Assembly (NCBI GenBank): GCA_000092065.1
Contig: CP000581.1
Direction: 5' to 3' (one strand)
Source: Ostreococcus lucimarinus
Lineage: Eukaryota
DNA length: 64,000 bases
Shown here in pieces: positions 11,601 through 20,328 of this stretch. Made by a program: the position numbers and the translations under genes. The notes beneath the pieces were generated by a model that was not told the origin of the DNA, searched no databases, and worked only from the letters and a program-made list of their open reading frames with translations. How positions within the stretch are numbered: the stretch's first letter is position 1; each line of letters starts with the position of its first letter.

Positions 11601-13415
11601 CAAATTGTACGAGGCGTCCGACGCCGGTCGGGGCTCTAATCCAAGTTGACCAAACTCATTCGATCCCCATGTGAATACCTCACCGTAATCACTCACCGCT
11701 ACAGTGTGCGATCGTCCACATGACACCCAATGTATCTTTACGTTAGCATCAGCGAGCGCGGTCACTTTCGTCGGTATAAATCTACTGACACGGTCATTGT
11801 GACCAAGTTGCCCGAACGTATTGAGCCCCCACGTGTATACCTCGCCAGTGGATGCGACTACTGCCGCGTGGAAGTCTCCAGCTGCGATGAACACCGCTTG
11901 CACGCCCGCGTCTGCCAATGTCGCCAAAACTTTCGGCGCCGCTGAGCGAAAAGGATCCAGACCATCCGTTCCGAATCCGAGCTGGCCGCTTTCGCCGTAA
12001 CCCCACGTGTACACCAAACCACCGTTCGCCCCATTTGCGTCCGCTGCGCTAATCGCCATGGAGTACCGCGCGCTCGCTGCAATCGCTGAGAATTTCACGG
12101 CTGACGGCACCTCTTGCGGTGACTGCGTGGTGGGCATTTCTGGGGCGTCTGGGAACGCGCTGCATGCGCCGGTGCCGTCTCCATATTTACTCACTTCGCA
12201 CGGTTTGAGTCCTAACTGACCATCGATGTTACTACCCCACGCCCAAATCGAGCCGGTGGAAGTCAGCACGAGGGTGTGCGCTAGGCCAGCCGCGACCTCC
12301 ACCGCCGTGACGGAGCCAAATCCATTGTTCACGACACGCGTCGGCAACCCCTTGTTTTTCAAAAATGTTTCCGAGCCGACGTACTGCAACGTCCCTGGCA
12401 TCCAGCCGCGACCGAGTTGACCGAGATCGTCGTTACCCCACGTAAAAACATGGCCGGAAGCGCTCACCGCCACGGCGTGTCTGACCCCCACCGCGACTTT
12501 TGTCATGCCTTCGAGCGCGCCGATGCGAACGGGATTCACAGCCAAGCTCGAAGCGTCAGGCGTTTTCGTCTCCAAGTTGAGAACGCCACTGGAATCGAAA
12601 CCCCATCCCCAAACGTATCCGGTACCGTATTCAACGCCCATCACCGTTTTGTCTGAGGCCGAAATATACGTGAACTGTTTCACCAACTCAAAATTTGCGT
12701 TCGTTACGGGCTGCGATTTCGGCGCAGTGTCACCGAACGCGAGCTGCGCCATGGCGTTATCGCCCCATCCGTACACAACTGCGCTAGAATTCGCGAGTTT
12801 CTTAAACTGCCCGTTATTGGCCGCATCAGTTCCAGTCAACGGCAACGTCAGCGTCGGGTCCCACCAATCCACGGCGTCCACCGTGCTCACGTCTGTTCTC
12901 GACACCCACTTCGCCGTGCACGCCCGCACAAACCTCGACACCGAGTCCTTGTACACCTCTATCGTCACAGTGATCGTACTCTCATCACTACACGCACCAA
13001 CACTATCGATCAATCGATACGTTATCGTCGTCGTGAACTCTCGTCTCGTCTCCGTCTCGTCGCACGGTGCTACGAAGTACGCCGTCTGCGACCCCGCCAA
13101 CCGTCGCGCCGACACCGTCCCGCTCGCCAGCGCGGTGCAATAATTCGCCGCCGCGTCCAACGCGGTGTTCTGATCGTCCTTATACACCGATCCCGTCCCC
13201 GGCAACGACGTGATCAACGCCGACAGCGTGTGCGTATCGTCGCTATCCGTCCCCGCGAGCGTCAGCGTCGCTCGCGAACCCGCGACGACGCGCACGCTCG
13301 ACGCCGACGGCACCACCGGCGTCGCGCCGCGCGCGACGGACGCGACGCCCGCCACGGCGACGAGCGCGGCGACGAGCGCGCTCGACGCGACCGCGTGGCG
13401 TCGGTGTCGACCCAT
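8640..13415 (-). CDS. Secreted/surface protein: signal peptide, N-terminal domain, RCC1-like β-propeller repeats, ~30 tandem Cys-rich repeats (CxxCPxGTYS…; ephrin-receptor-like/GCC2_GCC3 type) and a C-terminal hydrophobic anchor
   Basis: A signal peptide (MGRHRRHAVASSALVAALVAVAGVASVARG) follows the ORF's first ATG. Repeated GHVFTWGNDDLGQLG / GEVYTWGLNTFGQLGH / GEVFTWGSNEFGQLG motifs are RCC1 blades. From about residue 750 the CxxC(P)xGxY…CxxC(P)xGTY unit repeats many times. The C-terminus TGTFLIFFLVYAAFAALALDL is a TM or GPI signal. Confidence 0.7.
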   Translation of the reverse strand: MGRHRRHAVASSALVAALVAVAGVASVARGATPVVPSASSVRVVAGSRATLTLAGTDSDDTHTLSALITSLPGTGSVYKDDQNTALDAAANYCTALASGTVSARRLAGSQTAYFVAPCDETETRREFTTTITYRLIDSVGACSDESTITVTIEVYKDSVSRFVRACTAKWVSRTDVSTVDAVDWWDPTLTLPLTGTDAANNGQFKKLANSSAVVYGWGDNAMAQLAFGDTAPKSQPVTNANFELVKQFTYISASDKTVMGVEYGTGYVWGWGFDSSGVLNLETKTPDASSLAVNPVRIGALEGMTKVAVGVRHAVAVSASGHVFTWGNDDLGQLGRGWMPGTLQYVGSETFLKNKGLPTRVVNNGFGSVTAVEVAAGLAHTLVLTSTGSIWAWGSNIDGQLGLKPCEVSKYGDGTGACSAFPDAPEMPTTQSPQEVPSAVKFSAIAASARYSMAISAADANGANGGLVYTWGYGESGQLGFGTDGLDPFRSAAPKVLATLADAGVQAVFIAAGDFHAAVVASTGEVYTWGLNTFGQLGHNDRVSRFIPTKVTALADANVKIHWVSCGRSHTVAVSDYGEVFTWGSNEFGQLGLEPRPASDASYNLTLTLRGWQQTAISASRRRLLANYGTELQSGASSTLFYAFRDTLDASGRVGGSNAEFEALVMGATRPFKGGYLSTADVGLYGEVEYVAAPVIVAEVQQVTMVVAVGGFSLALRVSCDVGYERDTETGQCSACSAGGYTNDFTSFVCSACPLGQYQNESASSSCILCESGAYAATTGLSVCSKCPAGTFVPFEGAFASSFCESCPAGSYSAAEGSSSCTPCGTGSYQVLTGQASCTGCPIGTFNGAVGAQRSSDCVSCPAGKFAASTGASQCEPCPAGTDASAPGASACDPCDIGFYSEGGAVECTPCPAGTTGDATATMSSVDDCVPCAVGTYTSDMGQSVCLSCPDGTYSATAGATECTKCPAGYSGVGTANVIVRDSLQNACQQCAVGTYTAVAGSTSTLVLGLNQFCTKCEAGTYQDQEGQTLCKSCPAGKVTATDGAVAEGDCVNCGTGKYAPHAGMGACLDCPPGRYGPADRTDTSECTTCPPGKYSINYASVSEDDCDVCPAGFYAADGEPCKECPAGQYQADAGEPTCDLCPKGTYLADTGATSVDQCLPCPLGTATNDLGSTVCVPCAAGSYSSTEGRETCEQCPAGTALATTGSVAKTDCEDCPLGSVSINEGSDACTLCGPGSYSDIAPGSGIPAESCKLCPAGSYSAAEGATSVSACTLCAVGTYNPADGQVDCLRCPAGTYGDEEGLLECKAAPAGYFLPDEGATSAVNLQPCPTGTYSDIEGLAECLNCVAGTYSNTTAATGCIDCVAGTYSIVEASPTVENCLECAIGQYSLDASVSCSDCEPGTYAGQTGMAICDGCPAGTYGTEQGGTSVATCIECAAGTYSDTEASQLCDPCPAGTYSDVTGLSTCKPCRPGTYGAIQGATTGDDTVCRPCPLGRASAGGKAACDACTPGTYASTLGLANCTLCPEGTYGVTSGATVVTLCERCPLYHFNSSAGSTSVEACVYYHSAARTGTFLIFFLVYAAFAALALDL

Positions 13416-13691
13416 CTCGCTCGTTCGATGTTCGTTCGAGTCGTTAGCTCCGCGCATCGTCGCCGTCTCGCGACGTCTCGCGCGCGCCGCGCGCGATGCG
13501 CGCGCGCGCGCGAGCGCCGCACGCGAGCATGTTTTCGTACGACGGCGCGCGCGGGGCGATTGGACGCGACGCGCGCGGTGATTTGACGCGCAAAGGCCCG
13601 CGGCTCGAATCTTCTCGAAGCCGCGTCAAAGTCAAAGTCAAAGTCGACGCCGCGACGCGACGCGCCGGTTATACGCTAAAACGCTAATACG

Positions 13692-14714
13692 CTAATGCTC
13701 GCACCCGGGAACGCGACACGACCACTTACACCCTTCGAGCATGAACCCCGGGTTCTTGTCGCATTCGCCCGTGTTGGCCCAGCCGCGACACTGGTCGTGC
13801 GCGTCTTCGCATCCGGGCGTCGCGCTCGCCTCGGGCGGTTTCTGCCAGCGGTACGGCTCGGCGTGCACCCACACGGTGGCGGTCCACTTCACCCCCGCAA
13901 CGACGGGACAACCGACATGCAACGCGCGGTGATCAATCTTCCCGTTCGGGTCCACGGACCAAAATATTAAGCCGTCGCCTCGGCGCGGTTTCATCGCCAC
14001 GCGATGCTCCGCGCACTTCGACCAACTCGTCCCCTCCGCCATCTTCGGATCGATCCACTCGCTATCGGGAAACGCCGTCTCTCCCCCCGCCTCGGGTTCT
14101 TCCAAGTACAACAACACCGTCGCCACGCGTTTACCGCCGTCTTTCGACAACTCTCTCCCGCTCAGCGAATCCTCCGCGCCCACGTCTTCGTGCGCGTCGT
14201 ACTTTTCCCCCACCCGGTATTCCAACACTTGCATGTCCTCGTTGTGCGTCCAGGGCAGCATCGTCACCGCGCTCAGCGCGTCGTATATCTCTCGCACCAC
14301 CTCCTCGTCGCGATTTAAAAACGTCTGCTTCGACGTGCGAATCGGATCGACTTTCGACTCGCCCGTGACGCTGTCGACGACGGTGCTTCGCCGGACCCGC
14401 GCGCGCGTCGCCCGCAGCACCGCCTCGCACTGCGCCTCCGTCAGCGCGTCTCGCAGCGCGAACGCGCGCGGGTACCACGACAGCGGTTCGACGCGCGTCC
14501 GCGCTCGCGCCCGCGCGTCCGACAGCGTCGGTCGCGCGCCGTCCGTCGTCGTCCGTCGTCGCGCGCGCGCGCCGTCGAACCCGTGCGTCGTCACGCGCGC
14601 GCCCAGCGCGCCCAGCGCGAGCGCGCACGCGAGCGCGAGCGCGCGCGCCGTCCACCGCGCGCGCGCGCGCGACCGACGTCGACGCGAGACGTCGACGGAC
14701 GCCGCGCGAAGCAT
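13692..14714 (-). CDS. Prolyl 4-hydroxylase α-subunit homologue (2OG-Fe(II) oxygenase) with a C-terminal ShK toxin-like domain; type II signal anchor
   Basis: N-terminus [38 protein letters not shown] (signal anchor), then EPLSWYPRAFALRDALTEAQCEAVL (P4H N-motif), then the HxD…H dioxygenase core (YDAHEDVG…RALHVGCPV). The C-terminus CEDAHDQCRGWANTGECDKNPGFMLEGCKWSCRVPGC is a six-Cys ShKT domain. Confidence 0.8.
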   Translation of the reverse strand: MLRAASVDVSRRRRSRARARWTARALALACALALGALGARVTTHGFDGARARRRTTTDGARPTLSDARARARTRVEPLSWYPRAFALRDALTEAQCEAVLRATRARVRRSTVVDSVTGESKVDPIRTSKQTFLNRDEEVVREIYDALSAVTMLPWTHNEDMQVLEYRVGEKYDAHEDVGAEDSLSGRELSKDGGKRVATVLLYLEEPEAGGETAFPDSEWIDPKMAEGTSWSKCAEHRVAMKPRRGDGLIFWSVDPNGKIDHRALHVGCPVVAGVKWTATVWVHAEPYRWQKPPEASATPGCEDAHDQCRGWANTGECDKNPGFMLEGCKWSCRVPGCEH

Positions 14715-15831
14715 GGATTGGATTGGATGCGACGCGACGCGACGTGACGCCGCGAGAGCGCGACGCGCGATGTCGCGCGCGCGCGAGGCGCCGACGACGT
14801 TCTGTGGACTGCCGACGCTGCGACCGGACGCGCAGGCGAGGACGCGCGCGGCGACGCCCGAGACGCGCGGCGACGCGCGCGACGACGCGACCCGGACGCG
14901 CGTGCGAAAACTGCTGCTCGTGCGCCACGGCGCCAAGGCGAAGACGACGCGAGGGAAACGAGACGCGGAGGAGATTCGACGCGCGTGCGAGGCCGCGAAC
15001 GTCGACGTCGAGACGGCGACGACGGAACGCGCGGGACACGGCGTCGAACTGGTGCGAGACGCGGATCTGAGCGACGTGGACGCGATCGGGGTCGTGGGAG
15101 GGGACGGGACGCTTCGCGAGGCGGTGCAGGGATGGATCGAGCGCGAGGCGAGCGGGCGGGGCGACGGGAGGCGAACGCCGATTTTCGCGTTTCCGTGCGG
15201 CACGGGGAATAATTACGCGCGAGATCTCGGGGTGTTCACCGTCGCGGACGCGATGGCGAAGTTGAAAGCCGGGAACGCGCGTCCGGTGGACGCGGTTCGA
15301 GTGTCGGACGGCGTCGGTAACGATACGATTTCGATCAACGTCGTGACGTGGGGCATGGCGCGCGACGCGGCGGAAACGGCGGAGGGCATGCGTTGGATGG
15401 GCGGTTTGCGTTACGACGTCGCCGGTTTGATTCACATCTTGAAGAATAAAAAGAATAACGGCATCATCGGCGTCAGCGATTCTCTCGAGGGCGAGATCGT
15501 GGAGGAATCGAATGATTATTTGATGATGTTCGCGCAGAACACGCGTTGCAGCGGCAGAGCTTTCGCGTTCACGCCGCTGGCGCAACTCGACGACGGATTT
15601 TTCGACGTCGTCGTGTGTAACAAAGGAGGCCCGATGCACACGAAGGCGCTCTTCGACGCCACGAAAACTGGTGGCGGTCACGTCGAAGATCGTAACGTAT
15701 CATACGTTAAAGCTAAGCGGTTGTCGCTGAAAACAGCGGCGGCCGAGAGCGTCGGCATTGACGGCGAAGTCACCGTTCCAACGCCCGTTCATCTGACGGC
15801 GCTCGAGGGAGTTTTCACTACGTTTCGCTAA
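14713..15831 (+). CDS. DAGK-catalytic-domain lipid kinase (sphingosine/ceramide/diacylglycerol kinase-like)
   Basis: LLLVRHGAKAK…VVGGDGTLREAV (GGDGT motif)…FAFPCGTGNNYARDLG…IDGE, the DAGK_cat fold. Start ambiguous: the ATG at 14713 overlaps the P4H start codon on the other strand (CATG); the next ATG is at 14770. Confidence 0.6.
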   Translation: MDWIGCDATRRDAARARRAMSRAREAPTTFCGLPTLRPDAQARTRAATPETRGDARDDATRTRVRKLLLVRHGAKAKTTRGKRDAEEIRRACEAANVDVETATTERAGHGVELVRDADLSDVDAIGVVGGDGTLREAVQGWIEREASGRGDGRRTPIFAFPCGTGNNYARDLGVFTVADAMAKLKAGNARPVDAVRVSDGVGNDTISINVVTWGMARDAAETAEGMRWMGGLRYDVAGLIHILKNKKNNGIIGVSDSLEGEIVEESNDYLMMFAQNTRCSGRAFAFTPLAQLDDGFFDVVVCNKGGPMHTKALFDATKTGGGHVEDRNVSYVKAKRLSLKTAAAESVGIDGEVTVPTPVHLTALEGVFTTFR

Positions 15832-15867
15832 GTAGTACGTCTTGTATTAATCGCACGCTATGTATGT

Positions 15868-17400
15868 CTATTCGACTTTGCACGCGCACAACCAGCTCTC
15901 GTCTTCCTGAGGGAACATCCACCAAGAAGAGTCGTCGGCTTCTTGCATGCACGTCGTGAACACGGCGGGGTAATCCAACTCAACTTCGCCCGCGGTGATG
16001 GTGAAACGAACTTGATGACGTTCTTTCCATCGGTAGAAGAGCTTGGGCGATGGGAGCATTTGAAAGACGTGATCTCGGCACTCGTCGTTTGTGACGAGAA
16101 ACGCCTTGTCCCCGGCGTGCACCGCCGCGTACAACCAGTACCAGTCGTCGTTTGAGCCGTGCGCCGTCGTGAAGAGCTCGCCGGCGCCGTCCCATTTGGC
16201 AAGGAGCGCTTGATTGTGCGGCTTGCGCGCTGGGCCACCCTCAACACGACGCTGGTGTAAGAACGCGATGGGCGGAGCATCGCCTTCCTTGGCGCGTTTG
16301 CGAAGCTCGACGAGGACCTTTTCAACCTGGTTAAAGTTCATCCCGGAAGTCGAGAAATTCTGATTGTACATGCCCACGTTTGCGCCGTCAACGATGGCGT
16401 TCATACCATCTTTTTTAACGTTGAGCCAATTCATGAAATTGTCGAACTCTGACTGCGCTTCGCGTTCGCACGCCAACTTTGCGATGCCCGCGAGCAAGTC
16501 TGCGCGTTCCTCCTCCGTAAGACTAATCGCCTTGAGCTGAAGTTCCACGCGCTTTTCCTCCATCGCCAACACCGCCACGGCGGCGCCCGCGTCGTCCACG
16601 CGCACTTCGTCCGCGACGCTCCATCCGGGCACCGCACTAAACCACGCGCGTAATTCTTCGCTCATCTCGTCGCTCGGGCTACGAATCTCCGTTCGCATCC
16701 GACGCAACATCGCGAACCCGCCGTCGAACGCCTCCGCCGCGCGATACGCCCTCAACATCGCCATGAACTCCAACTCCGTCGGCAACAACCCCTCATCGCG
16801 CAGCATCGCCTCCACGGCCTCCATCTTCTCCAAATCCCCCTTTTTCGCGCTCGCGTGCAGCGCGCACGCGTACGTCCGCACCTTCGGCGTCAACTTTTCC
16901 TCCTTCAGCGCTCGCGCCGCGTCCAGCGCTCCCTCCACGTCCCCCGCCGCCGCGCGCACTCTCGCCAGCGCCGTGTAGCTCATCTCGCTCATCATCACGC
17001 GTCGCGCTTCCATGTACTTCACCACCTCGTCCGCTTCCTTCGCGCGCGCGCACTCCTCGTGCGCCAGTCCCGCCGTCCACGCCCCCGCGCCGCCCGCGCA
17101 CATGTGCAGCAGCACGTTGCACGAGTGCGGCGCCAGCGCGTACGCTTCGCTCCTTCGCGCGTCCTCGAACGCGTCCCACGCCGCGGCGAACTCGTCCCGC
17201 TGACACGCCGCGTCGATCGCGCGTCGCGCCGTCGCCGCCGGGCCGAACGCGTCCGCTTTCGCGCGTCGTCGGTCCGTCGCGCCGCCGGCGGCGCGCGCGC
17301 GATCGACGCCGCGCTTGCGCTTCGCGGCGGCGTCGCGGGACGAGCGCTCGGGCGAGGCGTCGACCGCGAGGCGGGCTCGCGTCTCGGCGTCGAGCGGCAT
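15868..17400 (-). CDS. PRORP: Proteinaceous RNase P (PRORP): PPR repeats plus a C-terminal NYN metallonuclease domain
   Basis: The C-terminus IVDGANVGMYNQN…RVEGGPARKPHNQALLAKW…GSNDDWYWLYAAVHAG…LVTNDECRDHVF…RWKERHQVRF aligns almost motif-for-motif with plant PRORP1 (VIDGANMG…GSNDDWYWLYAAV…LVTNDEMRDHLF…RWKEKHQVR). The N-terminal half has PPR-like helical repeats. Start chosen at MPLDAETR (17400); the ORF extends further upstream into an R-rich stretch. Confidence 0.75.
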   Translation of the reverse strand: MPLDAETRARLAVDASPERSSRDAAAKRKRGVDRARAAGGATDRRRAKADAFGPAATARRAIDAACQRDEFAAAWDAFEDARRSEAYALAPHSCNVLLHMCAGGAGAWTAGLAHEECARAKEADEVVKYMEARRVMMSEMSYTALARVRAAAGDVEGALDAARALKEEKLTPKVRTYACALHASAKKGDLEKMEAVEAMLRDEGLLPTELEFMAMLRAYRAAEAFDGGFAMLRRMRTEIRSPSDEMSEELRAWFSAVPGWSVADEVRVDDAGAAVAVLAMEEKRVELQLKAISLTEEERADLLAGIAKLACEREAQSEFDNFMNWLNVKKDGMNAIVDGANVGMYNQNFSTSGMNFNQVEKVLVELRKRAKEGDAPPIAFLHQRRVEGGPARKPHNQALLAKWDGAGELFTTAHGSNDDWYWLYAAVHAGDKAFLVTNDECRDHVFQMLPSPKLFYRWKERHQVRFTITAGEVELDYPAVFTTCMQEADDSSWWMFPQEDESWLCACKVE

Positions 17401-17497
17401 CACCCGCGGCGTCGACGAGTGACGCGATCGGCGCGACGCGATGTGAAATGAAAGGTGCAGCTCGGCTTTGATGTGATTACGGACGCGAGACGACGCG

Positions 17498-19788
17498 TCA
17501 ACGACGCCTGAGCGAGGGCGAGGCGAAGAGCGAAGACGCCGGCGCGTGCACGCGAGAGATGGAGGAAGGCGACGCGGACGCGCGACGGTCCCGCGGACGC
17601 GCGACGTCGGCGACGTCGACGCGCGCGTCGCGAACGGCGGCGCGCGCGGAACGCTTTTCTTCGACGGCGCGGTGCAACTCGTCGAGTTGCGCGCGTTGAC
17701 GCTCGATGACGGCCATGATTCTCGCTTCTTCGTCCTCGCCGAGTTGGATCTCATCCGCGGGGGCGATGGTGTGCTGAAGGCGAGAGGCGGCGGCGAGCGC
17801 CTCGGCGCGACGCGGGAGCGACGCGGCGGAGCGGTTGACGCGGGAGCTCAACGCCTTGAAGTCGTTCAAGAGCTCGATTTCCTCGGCGGACATCGGCGGG
17901 ACGGCGCCGCCGTTGGCGTCGGCGTAATTCTTCAACTGCGCTTGGTGGAGCGTGCGGAAGATTTTGATCAACCGATGCTGCTGCTCCATGTTCTTATTTT
18001 TGACGTCCCGCATGCGCTTTTCCAACTCGGTGTCCGCCCACTGCAAGATTTGTCTCACCGACGTCGCCGCGGCTTGGATGTACTCCTCTTGCGCCTTGAT
18101 CTCCGTCTCCGCCTGCGTCTTTCGTTGGATCAATCCCTCGAATCCGTCGTACTGAACGGGCCACAGACAATCGGGGTTGTTCTCGCCACCTACGGCGTCC
18201 AAGAGCTCGCGCCACTTCCGTTCGCTCACGTTCTGCGGCTTCACGCGCATGCGCGGATCTTTGACGACGTTGTAAAAGTACGCTCGGAATCGGTAGTCAG
18301 GATGGTTCGGGTTGTACGCGTTGACGATCTCTTGCACCTCACGCGTGGGATCGAGCGACGACGGATGTTGTTGCATCTGCTGCTGCATTTGCGGGAATAA
18401 GCCGCTGGGCTGCTGCTGCTGCGTCAACGCTCCGGCGGCGCCGGGCGTCGACGGCGCGAACAATCCACCGCCCGAGGGAACGATGGCGTTCGACGGCGCG
18501 CCGAAAGGGTTCGAAGACGTCGTCGCCGCACTCGAGGCACCGAACAAGCCTCCCGGGGACGATGACGGGGCTGGTGTCGCCGATCCAAACAAACCTCCGC
18601 CCGTTGTACCGGGTGTCGCCGCGCCAAACAAACCGCCCGCGGGACTCGAGGCCGGCGCCGCACCGAACAATCCACCGCTCGTAGTCGCCGGCGTCGCGGC
18701 CGCGCTCGCGCCGAACAAACCACCGCCCGAAGTCGCGGCCGGTGCGCTACTACCAAACAATCCACCGAGCGCGGGCGTCGACGCCGCGGGCGAGGCGCCG
18801 AACAAACCACCACTCGTTGCCCCGGGCGTCGCCGCGGCGGACGACCCGAACAATCCGCCGCTCGTCGTCGTCGGCGCCGCGCCGAACAATCCACCACCCG
18901 CGCTCGACGCCGGCGTCGCCGCCGCGCCGAACAACCCACCGCCCGCGCTCGACGCCGGCGTCGGCGCCGCGCCGAACAACCCACCACCCGCGCTCGACGC
19001 CGGCGTCGCCGCCGCGCCGAACAACCCACCGCCCGCGCTCGACGCCGGCGTCGGCGCCGCGCCGAACAACCCACCGCCCGCGCTCGACGCCGGCGTCGCC
19101 GCCGCGCCGAACAACCCACCGCCCGCGCTCGACGCCGGCGTCGCCGCCGCACTCGCGCCGAACAACCCACCGCCCGAACTCGCAGGCGCCGCGCCGAACA
19201 ACCCACCGCCCGAACTCGCAGGCGCCGCGCCGAACAACCCACCGCCCGAACTCGCAGGCGCCGCGCCGAACAACCCACCACCCGCGCTCGACGCCGGCGT
19301 TGCCGCCGCGCCGAACAACCCACCGCTCGTCGCCGCCGCGCCTCCGAACAACCCGCCGCTCGCGCTCGACGCCGACGCGCCGAGCGCGAGCGTCGGCGCC
19401 GCGCCCCGCGCCCCGAACGACCCACCGCCCGCGCTCGATCCCACCGGCGCGGCGCTCCCGAACAATCCACCGCCCGCGCTCCCCGTCGCCGCGGGCGCCA
19501 ACGCCGGCGCCGCGCCGAACGCGCCCCCGCCCGCGCCCGCGCTCGCGCTCGGCGTCCCGAACACACCGCCGCTCGCGCTCGACGCCGCCGCCGCCGCGCC
19601 GTGCGACCCTCCGCTCGCGCGCGTCGCCGCGCCGCCGCCGAACGCGTGCGCCCCGCTCGCCGCCGCGCCCGTCCCGAGGCCCGTCTCGCGCGCGCTCGCG
19701 CTCGCCGTCGCCGGCGCCGACGCCGTCGTCGGCGTCGCGCCGAACGAAAACCCGCCCGTCGTCGCCGCGCCGCGCGGCGTCGCCGGCG
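17498..19788 (-). CDS. FG-repeat nucleoporin, Nup54/Nup57-like (central channel, Nup62 complex)
   Basis: N-terminal GLFGAA/GGGLFG FG repeats, a Q-rich linker, then NPNHPDYRFRAYFYN…NPDCLWPVQYDGFEGLIQRKTQAETEIKAQEEY, which matches the Nup54 α-helical domain (NPDSEKLIPVPMVGFKELLRRLKVQ…), and a C-terminal coiled coil. Start at MFGAPATPRG (19788); the upstream ORF portion is R-rich noncoding. Confidence 0.7.
18890..19335. repeat. Tandem ~48-51-nt coding repeats (about 8 copies; plus 3×36-nt at ~19150-19270) encoding the FG units LFGAA(A/P)TPASSAGGG
   Basis: Direct reading: gccgcgccgaacaacccaccgcccgcgctcgacgccggcgtcgcc recurs with minor variants; ccgaacaacccaccgcccgaactcgcaggcgccgcg occurs 3×. Confidence 0.8.
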
Positions 19789-19861
19789 CGCCGAACATGC
19801 GACGCGCGCGTGTCCCCGAACGCGCGCCGCGCGCCGAGCGACGCGCGTCGACGTCTGACGC

Positions 19862-19905
19862 TGACGCGATTGGATTCGATTCGATTCGATTCGACGATTC
19901 GATGT
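19862..19905. repeat. (GATTC)n microsatellite in the divergent promoter/5'UTR region upstream of the nucleoporin gene
   Basis: ggattcgattcgattcgattcgacgattcgatgtgattcgatcg. Confidence 0.7.
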
Positions 19906-19952
19906 GATTCGATCGACGCGCGCGCCCTCGGACGCGACACATCGCGACGCCA

Positions 19953-20311
19953 TGGCGCACGCCCCGCGCGCGGGCCTCCCGCGCGTCGTGCACGTCAGCT
20001 GGCGCGTCGACGTCGCGCTGCGCACGTCCGAGGGCGCGAACGCGATGACGCCGAGCGTGATCCTGCGACTCGCGCTCGACGACGGGAGCGACCGGACGTT
20101 CGAGTGCGGACTGGAAAAGTTTCACGAGCTGCGAGAGGCGACGGCGACGATGGTGAACGAGATGGAGTGGGCGAGCCGGGACGCGGCGGCGGTGCGGGAG
20201 ATCGGGGCGCGCGCGCGGGCGAGGTGGGAGCGGACGAGGGCGGGGACGACTTCGGGCGAAGAAGGAATAGCGACGAAACGAAACGCGCGGTGCGGCGGCG
20301 ATGATCATTGA
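19953..20311 (+). CDS. Small COMM-domain-like protein (~119 aa)
   Basis: PRVVHVSWRVDVALRTSEGANAMTPSVILRLALDDGSDRTFECGLEKFHELREATATMVNEMEW resembles the C-terminal COMM domain (DWRVDYvLsSs…v.LkL…FEms.dKF..L..EL..A..lM). There is no room for an N-terminal HN domain, so the call is low confidence. Confidence 0.35.
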
Positions 20312-20328
20312 TGCGAGGACGTCGAACG

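Noticed and set aside
18424-20025. Long Arg/Ala-rich ORFs (533 aa and similar) antisense to the nucleoporin gene; similar ones at 22671..23855, 14131..15681, 52007..53269 and 3742..4518
   Set aside because: They consist of RRRAR/poly-R low complexity produced by reading (CG)n-rich sequence on the opposite strand of real genes or of intergenic DNA. In >65 % GC DNA stop codons are rare, so such ORFs are expected artefacts.
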